A stretch of 61,475 bases of DNA from Octopus bimaculoides (taxonomy: Eukaryota): positions 38,088,624 to 38,150,098 of the forward strand of contig NC_068984.1 of the NCBI RefSeq assembly GCF_001194135.2, in the 5' to 3' direction. This document shows, piece after piece, positions 40,001-50,789 of the stretch. Both the position numbers and the translations under genes were made by a program. The number at the start of each line of letters is the position of its first letter. The stretch's first letter is position 1. Under the pieces are notes generated by a model, which saw nothing but the letters and a program-made list of their open reading frames with translations, was not told the DNA's origin and made no database searches.

Positions 40001-43000
40001 AATAATGTTACAGAAACTGGAAAGAAATTCATATAATTGACAAAAAGATGAACTTGAAACTTGATTAATAAAACATCATCCAAAGTTCAGATTTTAGGGC
40101 ATGAATACCATTTTAAATAATTGAGCCAGATGATGTTAGAAATAAATAAACATTACATTAAATAAAAACAAACTATAAATTAGTAGCTTCATAATGTTGT
40201 ATAAGAAAGGATTATCATGAATACACCAATGTAGAATATTTGGTAATTAATCAAGTAATGTCTTATAGCATAACTAATACTTTGATAAGTGTTTTTCTGG
40301 CAGGAGTTTTGCATTTCAGTTAGAAGCAAATAAGATGAAATTATTTCAATGATTATTATCCCCATTGTTATATTGATTTTCTAATCTGTCTACAATGTTA
40401 GAATTATATTTTAATATTTATCATTTTTCATTTAGTGAGAATCCAGAAAAGTTTGTTAAGTTACATTCCAAACATCCAATCACAGATTTGAAGTACTTAG
40501 ACATTGGTTTGGGCCACCAAAGTTTACGGTTTGAATTTGATGAAGATTGTGCTAGCTATTCCTTTCTTATTAGAGATGAATATATCTGCCGGAATTTCAT
40601 TAATGTTCTTCTCGGTAAGAAGTCACAATTTTACTTTTTTTTTATAGTTTTTTAAAATGATTATAAGTTATTTATGTCACATATAGGTCTTATAAAATTA
40701 AATAGCAGATATCACAAATAATTTCAACTTGAATATTCATAATTAGAATAATTGCTAATTGTTGTAATTCATAATTAATAACTGTTCTTGAATGGTTGAT
40801 GAGCCCTATTGACCTTAGGGCTGTACAGAATGGGTTTCATATGACTTTACATCTATATGATGGCACTCAACATTATTTTGAGTGCAGACATAAACCAGAC
40901 ATTTTTAGAAGAGGAAAGAAACAAAGTTGTGGTAGTTCTGACTTTCATAGAAGTCCTAACAACATAAACAAAGTAAAATGACTCCATGGTAGTCAAAAAG
41001 TGATTTGAATACTCAGCCTATAAGGAAGATTCCTCTACTTTATTGCACTTGTCTCAACGTTTGTGTATATATTTACCTAGTTCAATACCTCAAAGGCATG
41101 CTTTTCCCAATATATTAATACTCAGTCCTGAATAGGTAAATACTAAAAATTTAATGACACTTAAATACATCAACCTAAGTTGTTTGAATGCATTCACATC
41201 TTTGAAGGTGATGTAGGTAGTTGAGTTCTTAATGTATTAGCAATCGAATGCTTGAAGTTTCATATATTGTACCCATGAAATATGTATTTAACTCATAACT
41301 CATCTCATCTAGTTGTAAATTGGTAACAGAAAACACTGTGCTATACTACAAACAGTACAGAGTGTTGTGTAATTATTTTCTATCTTTGTTAGCTTGCCAT
41401 GCTGAGATCAATTACTTTTATTAGCCTGGGGAAAGCAACAAGAAACTATTTCAACATATCATTTATTGAATCTCTAAATGATAAAAATAGTCATTGGCAA
41501 TCCAGGATCCCTGTCAGTTTAGGAACTTTTACCAGATCTTTTATTGTTATGCATACTATCTTACCAGCCTATAAGTGAAACATTATTGTAGTAAAACTAA
41601 ATTATTTACTCATTAAAAATAAAATTGTCTTTAGAAAAATATTTTATTGAATTTCAAATCCTGTTTCAAATTGCAATGCATTTCTTTCTTTTTGTTGTTG
41701 TTGTTGTTTAAATTTTACACTGGTTTTGTTTTGAAATCTCTTAGATTTAACAAAACGACTCAGCAATATGGGCCATATGAAGCCTGTACAGGTTTGCTTG
41801 TACCATCATGAAACCACTAAGAATCTAAGTCGCCTGCTAAAGAAAAATGACGCCAGTGAAAACAAAGGGGTTGATGTGGATCATCCTGAGAAAAGTATTT
41901 CGGTTTATGTCTTAACAACACAACTAAAAGATGAGAAAGGTTATTATTTGTACATTCTTTTTAAATTATTGGGTTGCCACATAAATTCATTCTTTTTTTT
42001 TTATTTTTATTTTAATCTTTTCCGATGTTATTTGAATTAACAAGGAAGCCATTTTTATCATAGTGTTTTATGTTTTTTTTTTTTTTTGTAGATCTATTCT
42101 TTGTCTACAACTTTTGTTTATTGCTTTTGAAATTTGAATAAATTATACCTTTTTTTTTAGACATATGATGATAGAGTGCCAAATAGAGAAAAAAAAAACA
42201 AATTTATCTGACAACCCAATATTCTTCTTTGACAAAATCAAGCTTTTGATTTCTTTCTTTGAAATAAGGATATCTACTTAATAATATCAAATATTTTATT
42301 CAGTTAGTGTATTTGCCACAGTTACACTGTGGTAATTTTTCAGCATTTTCTGATAACTTCATTTTTTTCTATTTAATGAGGACTAAAATAGTACTTTAGT
42401 CCTAACCTTTAAAGTCTATCTCAATCCTATGAAATCATGAAGCCAGAGCTTATCCAGATAGATAAAGCATCTAAGTTGAGAGTACAAATTTCTTCCCTGA
42501 ATGGGATACCAGTCCAGGTATCATTTGTACTTATTTTCAGCTGAGTGTATGAGAACAATGTGAAATGAAGTACTTTGCTGAAGGACACAATGCATCACTT
42601 GGTTTGAGATTTGAACTTGTGGCCTAGTGATTGCAAACCCGAGCTCCTAACCATTAAGCCATGTGTCTTCACTCAAAGACCATTAACTCATTACAAATTT
42701 CACAAACACAAAATAAGATGATAATATAATACAAATAATTGTTTTTTCTTTTTCAAATTTATTGTTTTATATTTATTTTCTTATATCACATTTTGAGTAC
42801 AATTGCATCATTGGTCAAGTAGCACCCCTACCTATTATGCTTCAATCTTTCTCTCTATATGGATTTATTCTTATCTGCGTTCTGAACTCTAAGCTTTCCC
42901 TTCAGGACCAGACAAACCTGGTCAGCTATTGAACCTCCACAAAACCCAAGTACAACCCACATTAGAATATTGTCCACACATCTCATTCAAGTGCAGTGTT

Positions 43001-44834
43001 CAAAAATATCCTGTATCACATCCAAAAGGCCATTCAACTTACAAGCATGAAACAACAGCGAGCTCACAGATATATTTCTTCCCTGTTTCTTTTCACCACC
43101 ACTACTATGATATCTGCTACTCTGTAATAAAGTTGTGTGGCATCTTCACACAAACTCTCACCTCTCATTTTCTTGTCATTCCAATGGTATCTCACTTTCT
43201 AGACCACATGCTATTATACTGCTGCTGAATCACTTATCTCAAGAGCTATAAACCTGTAGCATTCTTTCTAATCACCATTTTCCTTATGGCTATCAACACT
43301 CACAAGAAGTTGAAAGTCACATCATCTGTATCAATCTTATCTGTAAAGTTTTACAAGTTTTACACTTCTACTTCTAACTAATTAATATAAAACAACAACA
43401 AAAAAAAACAAAACAAGAGTTTAAATCAATGATGCTAAAAATTACTTTGTTTTGTTATTCAGGTGAACAGAAGTTACCAGTTTCAGTAGCCCTCATTGGA
43501 CCTTTGTTATACCTTATAGTAGAAGATCACCAATGGCCGATGCCTCGATTGCAACCAAGAATGCCACCTGAAAGTATCTGTCCACAATTTGTTATTCATG
43601 ATAAGCAGATCATTCTTGATATCACCAGTTTGGTAAGATGAACATTTTCTTTCTCTGAGATTTATCTTATTTAAATTCTTTATTCTGAATTTAACAAATT
43701 TCTCACATCTCATTTCTGATCAAAACACTTCATAAGCAAAAAAAAAAAATACTATTTTTTAAAACAAAGTGGTATATTGTATTTTGTTATATGTAATCTC
43801 TTTAACTGTACAAAGACACAATCACTGCTCATATCCAGAAAACAATCTTGTACCTCACCCTTTCTTGAATAGTATACTTTTAAAAGTTGCTGCAAATGCT
43901 ACAAAGTCAACATCTTCAGTGACCTTTACTGACTGTAACATAGCTAGAACTGCTTCCCAAAAATTTGCTTTTCTCTTCTGAACCAGGCATAGACTTTAGT
44001 CTTACATTAACTATATTGATACTGCATGCAAAGTTTACATTTTAAATGAAAGGAAATGTGTAGATAGAGAGAATAAAATGAAAGTTGCCATTGGAACTCG
44101 AACTCACACCAACTCATTATTTCATTTATAACAACCATTACTATATTGTATCTTCAACAGAATCCAGCTCACAAATTTGTATTTTTATACCAAATTGTAG
44201 AATTTTAAAAAATTGTTGCACATTCCCACTTTGTGTCTTATCTGTGTGTTTTAACTTTAATTTAAGAACATCTCAAAAATTTTCCATACTGTATATACAA
44301 AAGTGGTACATATAATATACACTTGCATATGTATGTGTATGTTGCCTTGTCTTAACATCATGTGGTGATTTAAATGAGTGTCACTGTCATACAAACAGTG
44401 TTGTTTATTTCCAGTCTTCTGTGTAAACATGTCCAGCCATGGTAAAATATTACCTTTCTTAGAAGCAGTTGAGGGTTGGTGACAGGAACAGTATCTAACT
44501 ATAAAATATCTACCTGAATGAGTTCCATCTGACCTATGCAAACAAGTATAAGTGATCATTAAAATGATGATTATAAACATTTCAAATTCTGAAATGCATC
44601 TATGGTATTAGTAATTTATTTAATTTTTTTTTCTGTTTTTTTAAATCTATTTAGAAACTCTGGAAGAATAATGATAAACGGCTTCGGTTGAATTTCCTAA
44701 ATGAGATCTCAGGTTGTGAGTTCCATTGGGACTTTTTGTTTGAAACAAATCGAGGTGTTAACCAGCTTATGCAGGCTGTACGTGCTCCCTGGGAATCAGA
44801 ATTTGGAGTGAATCTTGAAATCATTGTGCTGTGA
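3062..44834 (+). CDS. STK11IP: STK11-interacting protein (LIP1) orthologue, 5'-partial spliced CDS. join(3062..3165,7779..7868,9397..9438,10358..10583,14311..14718,15977..16230,17937..18014,19677..19731,21529..21673,36044..36905,39260..39357,40436..40614,41745..41939,43463..43632,44655..44834)
   Basis: 15 exons with AG/GT boundaries and matching phases total 3086 nt: 2 nt plus 1028 codons including TGA, with no internal stop. The peptides are collinear with human STK11IP as recalled: last LRRs/LRR cap (GVEELGYLTEFDASGNFL; LSLFDNPMTYRSDHR; IVLDGKNL), LREFHGDEWLLY, ELKFDYVKSNRRVRTY, CLKC...CQKC, CLDHQIQLFL, LDIGLGHQSLRFEF and VRAPWESEFGVNL. Confidence 0.9.
4425..4755 (-). repeat. Family A repeat, long form
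   Basis: Homologous across ~320 bp to 28785-29112 in the opposite orientation. Confidence 0.88.
5928..6950. repeat. Cluster of family B SINE-like copies: sense 5928-6230, antisense fragments 6280-6950
   Basis: gctgacagaattattagc...gagttc...ggggttgataaaataagtaccag...ggccttgtgccaaaatttgaaa plus (ATT)n; reverse-complement fragments follow. Confidence 0.75.
7025..7143. other. Assembly gap (N run)
   Basis: 119 N. Confidence 1.
7779..7868 (+). CDS. STK11IP: STK11IP exon (last LRR/cap), phase 0 to 0
   Basis: ttttcag|...ggg|gtaaga; LSLFDNPMTYRSDHRSKSVGHISPLVNGDG resembles LYLEGNPLWFHPEHR...LSP. Confidence 0.88.
7978..8480 (-). repeat. Family A repeat with extended purine-rich (LINE 3' UTR-like) flank
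   Basis: (CAT)n, the family A core, then gtgaggtcaccaagtaacttg, shared with the 12.6-13.1 kb and 26.9 kb copies. Confidence 0.75.
8741..8897. repeat. Near-perfect inverted repeat (71-bp arms, 15-nt spacer), MITE-like, TA-flanked
   Basis: 8741-8811 is the reverse complement of 8827-8897, with one mismatch (C8771/A8867). Confidence 0.9.
9397..9438 (+). CDS. STK11IP: STK11IP 42-nt exon, phase 0 to 0
   Basis: ttacag|attgttttagatggt...ctgaag|gtaatt; IVLDGKNLNVTELK resembles FLLDGKVLSLTDFQ. Confidence 0.82.
10358..10583 (+). CDS. STK11IP: STK11IP exon (low-complexity linker), phase 0 to 1
   Basis: attttag|aca...agag|gtataa; open frame TVKRNKITK...KIPVKRPKRKRNC...SMGSR. Phases fit both neighbours, but sequence similarity is weak. 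Confidence 0.7.
12600..13110 (-). repeat. Family A repeat with extended LINE 3' UTR-like flank
   Basis: tttctatagc...cttcctaacacc...gtgaggtcaccaagtagcttgc followed by GA-rich sequence. Confidence 0.7.
13142..13351. mobile_element. Mariner-derived MITE
   Basis: Ends TA|(t)gagggggtgctgaaaag ... acttctcagcacctcctcg|TA; 210 bp; no ORF. Confidence 0.8.
14311..14718 (+). CDS. STK11IP: STK11IP exon, phase 1 to 1
   Basis: ttttccag|...ttttg|gtaagt; IKQLREFHGDEWLLYY resembles MSSFRERFGRNWLQY, followed by an acidic stretch. Confidence 0.85.
14812..15670 (-). mobile_element. Ty3/Gypsy-like LTR retrotransposon remnant (gag zinc knuckle plus protease)
   Basis: CYQCDQADHVAMHC is CX2CX4HX4C (~15374-15415). 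It is followed by a decayed protease region (AFTNKGCTT; DIDVVVGMDV) and EDKDFWAEFD. The boundaries are approximate. Confidence 0.75.
15977..16230 (+). CDS. STK11IP: STK11IP exon (PH-like region), phase 1 to 0
   Basis: tttgcag|...cagag|gtaaca; EIFVSANERFLIEKD...LDRLDMKCL...ELKFDYVKSNRRVRTYIM. Confidence 0.9.
17058..17815 (+). repeat. Family C tRNA-headed SINE-like element interrupted by a family A copy (~17250-17610) carrying a 24-bp minisatellite
   Basis: The 5' part (taagaagcttgcttcccaacc...gtgtcttctactatag) and 3' part (aaaagagaccgatagaa...gcatggctgcagccaaatgactgaaacaa) match the intact copy at 30781-31185. Confidence 0.8.
17937..18014 (+). CDS. STK11IP: STK11IP exon, phase 0 to 0
   Basis: ttttag|gag...ttg|gtaagt; ELGRLLQPYLEAQVAKANVREFLHFL. 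Confidence 0.85.
18968..19160 (+). repeat. Family A repeat (well preserved)
   Basis: aagcacccactacactctcggagtggttggcgttagg...ttaaacgatgatgatg. Confidence 0.88.
19185..19515 (-). repeat. Family D tRNA-headed SINE with a CORE-like central region
   Basis: Minus strand: gtgaaggcacatggttcagtagttagag...gtgttcttgagcaagacacttt...cactcagctg. Related decayed copies at ~1095-1330 (+), ~42490-42675 (-) and ~56760-56850 (+). Confidence 0.65.
19677..19731 (+). CDS. STK11IP: STK11IP exon with first CxxC, phase 0 to 1
   Basis: ttctag|tgt...gaag|gttagt; CLKCSHEFSKEIGSTKRE resembles CLRCGHEF. Confidence 0.88.
20187..20368. mobile_element. Short hAT-like non-autonomous element with a terminal palindrome
   Basis: The right end is ctaagacggccctg, and the left end is a decayed match (gagtgctgtctaa). 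There is an internal 40-bp palindrome at 20327-20366. Confidence 0.5.
21529..21673 (+). CDS. STK11IP: STK11IP exon with second CxxC, phase 1 to 2
   Basis: ttctag|ct...tccaa|gtgagt; DSVDECQKCGSKNVVQQ resembles CPNCGSDHVV. Confidence 0.86.
21975..22281. other. Assembly gap (N run) between (GA)n and (TA)n microsatellites
   Basis: 307 N. Confidence 1.
26740..28510 (-). mobile_element. 5'-truncated RTE-clade LINE: RT C-terminal half plus 3' UTR ending in the family-A repeat
   Basis: Decayed GIHQASVLSLLLFIIVLQ, RIRTGWAKFRELLPLL and LYDACV...LHGSET peptides run contiguously into a pyrimidine-rich UTR and then a family-A sequence (26740-26950). Confidence 0.88.
28785..29112 (+). repeat. Family A repeat, long form
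   Basis: Inverted homologue of 4425-4755; (GAT)n tail. Confidence 0.88.
30781..31185 (-). repeat. Family C tRNA-headed SINE-like element, near complete
   Basis: Minus strand: ggagtggttgtgtggtaagaagcttgc...ggttctgggttcagtcccactgc; internal (CA)/(TA) tract; AAAAGAAT-type tail. Confidence 0.8.
34305..34636. mobile_element. hAT (Charlie-like) MITE
   Basis: TIRs cagtggttctcaac and gttgagaacccctg; 8-bp TSD atttaaat/aattaaat (1 mismatch). Confidence 0.85.
34975..35405. repeat. Degenerate (ACT/ACC)n trinucleotide low-complexity tract
   Basis: ctactactattaacattaccattacc... for ~400 bp, interrupted by stops in all frames. Confidence 0.8.
36044..36905 (+). CDS. STK11IP: STK11IP large Ser-rich exon, phase 2 to 0
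   Basis: cccatcag|a...ccag|gtaaga; lies within ORF 35985..36935. It ends in CTCLDHQIQLFLVMKHL, which resembles SVDHRLRLFLDVEVF. Confidence 0.9.
37945..38220 (+). repeat. Family B SINE-like copy plus the start of a second copy
   Basis: aaggtggtgggctggcagaactgttag...agttcaaattctgcc...gtgccagaatttgaaac. Confidence 0.75.
39260..39357 (+). CDS. STK11IP: STK11IP exon (PH-like), phase 0 to 2
   Basis: ttttcag|tgt...cctag|gtaaga; CQIVQHIIGEYRGLLVLSTMNIFIFRLHG resembles GEFMCLVVVSDRRLYLLKV. Confidence 0.88.
40436..40614 (+). CDS. STK11IP: STK11IP exon (PH-like), phase 2 to 1
   Basis: catttag|t...ctcg|gtaaga; HPITDLKYLDIGLGHQSLRFEF...IRDEYICRNF resembles LQDLSGIELGLAGQSLRLEW...RDARHCRAF. Confidence 0.92.
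41745..41939 (+). CDS. STK11IP: STK11IP exon, phase 1 to 1
   Basis: ctcttag|at...aaag|gttatt; LTKRLSNMGHMKPVQVCLYHHETTKNLSRLL...; phases fit both neighbours. Confidence 0.8.
43463..43632 (+). CDS. STK11IP: STK11IP exon, phase 1 to 0
   Basis: tattcag|gt...ttg|gtaaga; EQKLPVSVALIGPLLYLIVEDHQWPMPRL...DKQIILDITSL. Confidence 0.86.
44655..44834 (+). CDS. STK11IP: STK11IP last coding exon
   Basis: atttag|aaa...ctg TGA; LRLNFLNEISG...VRAPWESEFGVNL resembles LRLLFYDEVSR...IREPWEELFSIGL. Confidence 0.92.
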   Translation, partial: KLWKNNDKRLRLNFLNEISGCEFHWDFLFETNRGVNQLMQAVRAPWESEFGVNLEIIVL

Positions 44835-47354
44835 GGAATTTGAAGGTAATATAAATATAATTGTATTCTAGTAAGATGATGAGTCTTGGGCAAAATATTA
44901 AACTGCATGTACTTGTGAAGCTCCAGTTCAGAAGTTCAAGAGTTTGAGGGGTATATAGATGTAGCTCAGGTTCATTCTGGCCTGGAGTGGTAGTACCTGT
45001 CAAAGGCTCCAGTTTTGGGTCATATACCAGAAGATGGTCTTGTGGTTAAGGTACACAGAACTTGGAGGAGGGCTAGTTCCTAAACATATCACATATGCTT
45101 ACTGGTGTGTGGACCCTGGTGTCATATGAACCAGTTATTGTACCTCCAGAAAGCAGGAGACTTGCAGAGTAAACTAAATAAGCCAGCAGAAAACTACTGC
45201 TGTATCGTTCCTAAGAAAAATCATGAATCTTTAGGTTCTGACATGAAGATCAATGATTTCCAACTTCTGTAGGCATGACATAGGAAGAAAGGTGACAAGA
45301 TGACAGTTGAATAGAATAACCATAGAGCATTGGATGAAATTTAGTGTAGTATTTGCTTACATCATTTGAAATTACTGAGTTCAAATCCCACTCTAGTTTA
45401 GTTTACTTTTCATCCTTCTGAAGATCACAAATTAAGAACTGGTAGGTTAGTGTAATTGACTGTACCCAAAAAGTGGTGTCCTAGAATGGCCACAGTTTAA
45501 TGAATGAAACTAGATGTCAGAATGAACTACATCTTCTAGTTGTTGTTTCTATTATTAGTATTATGAGTACTTAGTTAAGCACAAAAAGTTTAATACAGGT
45601 TCTACATTGACTTTCTGGACACTGATGATTCAGAATGTTTTATAATCTGCACTAATTTATGAACAGCAATTTCAAATTCTTGCAGTCATTAGAATGGTTT
45701 ATTGCTACTCTGAACAGTGCAGTATTAATAAAATCAGTAATACAGAAATATTTTGGAACTAGAGATTCCAGAAAATAATGTTTCCTGTTTCGTAGGTTAT
45801 TCTACAATTGTTTGCATTCATGCATACCTGTTCAACAAATAGAATTTATGAAAAATATGTTTTGTTCTTTACCTAACTGTATAACAAGAAATTTTTCATT
45901 TTCCCTTTTCTCTTTCATATTTTCCAGATATTACTCAAGTTTCATATTAATTTTCCTGGCTCTGTTCAGTGTGAACCATGGTCTTTCAAATCATTTTCAT
46001 GAAGAATCTATTTTTGTAAATCAACTGTAAACACCATCAATATCCAATGTAACATGCCAGTGTGCTTGTAAATACCTTAACAAAAAATGAAAATTACCCA
46101 CAATATAGATATTTAATGCATGCATCCAATTAATTGTCTGTGTACATAATGCATAAATGTATGATTATATATGTATAAAATACGTTACATATATTTACAT
46201 GCATTTTATATATAATACGTTAAATATATGTATATATATATCTGTTTATTTGTTATTAATAACATTAGTAATTAAATATTGCTGTCAAAATCAAAATTAA
46301 AAATATGGTATTGTTCTCCACATTTTAAATGCATATTGCAGAAAAATCACTGCTGGCGACTGCAAATCAGTTAAGATGGTGTCATGTTAAACAAAACCAA
46401 CTTCACTTTACATAAATTTTCTTGGTCATTATTTAATTTGAATTGGAATTAATGATATTGTGATTTGGTTGCAAATAGCTTTGGTTTGTTATTTAGAAAA
46501 CACAAATAAATTGTGACTCTGTGTTTAAGATTTTCATTTTATAACCATGTGGTTCTATGTTTGATCTCACTTGATGAAACCTTGAGCAAGTGTCTTCTCT
46601 CATTGCTATGGGTTGACCAATGCCTTGTGAGTAATATTTGGTATTGCTGGAAACTGTGTGGAAGCTTGTCAAAAATGTGTGTGTGTGTGTATGCACATAT
46701 TGGCAAGAGATTTGCTGCCAATACATAAATATGTCAAACAAAAATATTTTGTGATATTTATTTCTCTTTAGTAACATCCCTTTATACCAAGGTGCATCTA
46801 GCCATTTAATAAAAATCTATAAAATAATTACAAAAACTACTGGGTATCAATATAATAATCGACTGAAAGATTTAAAGACAGTGCTCCAACATGGTTGCCA
46901 TCCAGTGACTGAAAGAAACCATTGGAAGAATTATATATATATATAAATATATATATTGACTGGCCATATCTATCTTTATCTATATACTCTACTGCTCTAT
47001 AACTTAGAGTGTGCTTCTTTTGCGGATTGATAATTTACTGACAATATATATATATCTTTTCTCCTATATATATTCCTTAATTGAAGTGTGAGGGAAATTA
47101 TTAAAGAATACATTTGCAATAGAGAGTTGAGAAAAAGACAGCACACAAACTTAATTCCTAAATTTAGTCACATTAATAAATAAAAATCTATAAGAAACAA
47201 AATGTTAAACTTTGTAAATTAAGGTAAGAATTTATGGTTATGTCTAGATTTTTTACTTCAAAATAAAAAGAAAGGTAGGAGAAAATGGTACTCTTCAAGC
47301 TTCTGATAATAGATTATTATATTATTGCGGTAAGTTTTCATAATTAGTTATTGC

Positions 47355-48436
47355 TAGATGAGCTGGTAGAATTATTAGCATACTGGGCAAAATGCTTTGT
47401 GGCATTTTGTCCATCTTTATGTTCCGAGTTCAAATTCCGCCATGGTCAACTTTGCTTTTCATCCTTTCAGGGTTGATGAAATAAATGCCAGTTACACACT
47501 GAGACTGATATAACTGACTACTCCCCACCACCACCACCACAAATTCAGGCCTTGTGCCTATAGTAGAAAGGATTATTATTACTATTATTATAAATTCCAT
47601 CATGAAGGTGACAAGGTGACAGAATCATTAGAGCCCTGGAAAAATGCTCTGCTGATTTTTCTGAGTTCAAATCCTGCTGAGGTCAACTTTGCCTTTTATC
47701 CCTTAGGGGTTGATAAAATAAATATCACTTAAGTATTGGGGACTATGTCATCAAATTGCACTGCCCCTCAAAATTTCTGGCCTTGTGCCTATAGTAGAAA
47801 TAATTATTACTTTCATCACTTTATATTCTGAGTTTAAATCCTGTTGAGATTTAAACTCTACTTTGATTTTCTTATAGTTTTGAAGTCAAGAAAGTAGCCA
47901 TCAAATAATCAACTGATCTCTTACCCTCAAAATTATTTGTCTTGTATCTAACTAAAAAACCACTACTATTAGTATTATTAAGGGTGGCAGAATCATTTGA
48001 GCATTGAATAAAATGCCTTGCAGTATTTCTTCCAGTTCTTTAGGTTCTGAGTTCAAACTGTACTGAGGTCAACTTTCTCTTTCATCCTTTGGGAGTTGCT
48101 TAAATGAATTACTAACCAAATACTGAGATCAGTGAACTGACTTAGCCCTTCTTCCAAATTTCTTACCTTGTGCCTATGTTAGAAGCAATTATTATTAATA
48201 TTATTAGTTTCATAAATAGGGCGGCTAGCTGGCAGAATCGTTAGCATGCCAAACAAAATGCTTAGTGGCATCTCTGGCTTTACATTCTGAGTTCAAATTC
48301 CACTGAGGTCGACTTTGCCCTTTTTTTTCCTTTTGGGATCAATAAAATAAGTATCAGTTGAACCCTGAGGTTGATGTAATCAACTTAACCTCTCCCCTGA
48401 AATTGTTGGCTTTGTGCCAAAATTTGAAACCATTAT
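47355..48436 (+). repeat. Head-to-tail array of five family B SINE-like copies
   Basis: Units of ~170-230 bp begin near 47355, 47606, 47815, 47980 and 48218. Each has gagtt(c/t)aaa and ends in cttgt(g/a)...(ATT)n or a decayed form of it. Confidence 0.82.
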
Positions 48437-49223
48437 TTTCATAGATAAAAATAGATTATAGAGAAATATTTATTTTTATTTACTTATTCATTTATTTGAT
48501 GTAATTAAGCAAACTAGAAAAAAGGTGAATTTGGTGCCTTAAGAAATCTTTTTAATGGATTTACCATGTCATGCACACACACAAACACACACATACCCAC
48601 ACGTACATACACACAGGTGAGCAAGATAATGTTTCATACCTCTGTATACTTAGCTGTAAGAAAAATGTTAAGTTGGGACTGGTGATGATGAATATATTTC
48701 TAGGTGGGGGAGCTATACTTAAAAGCTTCCAAGGGATTAGCTTTAGAGAAGGATAAGTTCTACCATGTTTTTGCCTTACATACACCACATGAAAATGCTT
48801 TGGATCATGTAACTCTCTCTCTCTTTCATGAAAGTAATAATTTTTTCTACTATAGTCACAAGACCAGAAATTTTGAGGGGCAGGGCAAGTCCCCAGTACT
48901 TAACTGATATTTATAAACTAAGCACACATCTGATGATACTAGGGTGCTGTCTTCTTTCCTACTTACTAATACTTATCAGTGTGTGTGTGTGTGTGTGAGT
49001 GTTTATATCTTTTTGTCTTGACATTGTGTGATTGTTTCCAATTCATTTCCAATGTTCTGCAAAAACAGGTCTGGCCATGGAGAAACATTACCTTGCTTGG
49101 AAGCATATAAGGATTTGTAATAGGAAGATAATCCAGCTGTAAAAAATCTGCTTCAATAAATTCTGTCTGACCCATGTCAGTATGGAAAAGTGGCGACTAA
49201 AACAAACAATGACAATGATGATA

Positions 49224-49257
<34 letters not shown>

Positions 49258-49334
49258 GGAAATGATCTTGTTTGATATGCAGTAAAGGAGTAGGTAGGAA
49301 CATCATATGCTATACATAGAGTAAGATATGAACA

Positions 49335-50100
49335 CACACCGTGTCACAGAATCACTGGCTGGCTAACAGTAAAGGCAAGCTTTGTGTGTGGCAGATGCAT
49401 TGAAGTAATATGTATAAGGAGTACAAGAGAAATAGACTCTCTTAAATGCCCTGCTGGCTCAGCCAAAGTAGTTGATGGTTTATGTTAATTAGGTGATATA
49501 GTTAGCAGAGGAGATGGTTGTTCAGAATGTATAGTAGCCAGGATAAGGATGGATTAGAAAAGTTCAGGTAGCTATTACCTCTGTTAACAATAAGGCTTTC
49601 GCTTTCAGAGTGAAAAGCAGATTCTCTAATGCTTGCATGGTAGTAAATGTGGGCCTTGAATCAAATGTGTGAAGGACAGAAAGAAATGAAGCTGCATGTT
49701 CTGTTGGATGGATAATGCTAGTGTGCATGAACACTTGAATACAAATGAGCTGAGAGAAAAACTGGATATAAGAGAAATTCAGTGTAGTGTACAAGTGAGA
49801 ATGCTGCATCGGTATGTGCATGTGATGCATATGGAGAATGACTGCTGCATAAAGAAGTGCTATAAACTCCAAGTTAATGGAACCTGTGGGAAAGGGAGAC
49901 CAAGGAAGACTTGGGATGAAGTGAAGGCTGATCTGAAGATACTGCATCTCACAGAGAGAACAACAACCATATTGACTGGTAGTATGTGGTACTACAGAAC
50001 ACCTAACCGCCTGCAGCAAAACCTACTCAAACATACATTGTATATCTTCCTAACCATCCTCACCTTACATCCTCTGAACTCCCTTTATTCATTCTTCCAC
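49335..50100 (+). mobile_element. RTE-clade LINE fragment (RT C-terminus)
   Basis: ORF 49696..50103 includes LHRYVHVMHMENDCCIKKC...GKGRPRKTW. The upstream decayed part matches the 27.8-28.1 kb copy. Confidence 0.85.
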
Positions 50101-50139
50101 TAGGCCTCTCAACCAAAGATTGTATTGGTTCATACTCAT

Positions 50140-50173
<34 letters not shown>

Positions 50174-50789
50174 GTTTCAGTCCAAAGGGTGTGACCATGC
50201 TGGAGCATATGTATACACACATCCATACATACATGTTTGTGTGCATGAATGTCTGTGCGTCACATAGGGAGTAAACTTTGGAAATACACTTTTTCCACCA
50301 GAAGTAATACCAGGAAATAATTATAATTTAACTTTTATCAAATTTTTTGGTGCTTATACAAAATCCGAAAGGAATATTAATGTTCAAAAGAAAAATATTT
50401 ATTACTTTAAAATAAAATTAAATAAAACAAATTTCTCATTTCTATAACTCCTCTCATAATTAGTCATTTATTTCTTCTTCTCTTCCTCTTCTGTCTCTAT
50501 CATTCTACCTCTCTTATTCAGTGTGTATATGTGTATGTATAGTGTTCCTTTTTTCATTGCCTGCCACCAAGCCTTCTATGTGCATTCATTCTGCACCTCA
50601 TATGTCAGCTTTCTCTGTATCTCTGTTTTACTTTCGCCTCTCTTCACTCTATATGATGTAAAGTGTGATTGGAGAAATCAAGCAACAGATTAACATTTAT
50701 GTTGGCTATTATATATGTTTATGTATATACACGCACACATCTCTATCATTTACATGCAGATATCACACACACACATATATGCGCAAAGA

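Noticed and set aside
48925-48960. Other CTGATGA occurrences as hammerhead cores (also ~45623, ~51108, ~55768, ~56866)
   Set aside because: No stem II followed by GAAA at a suitable distance.
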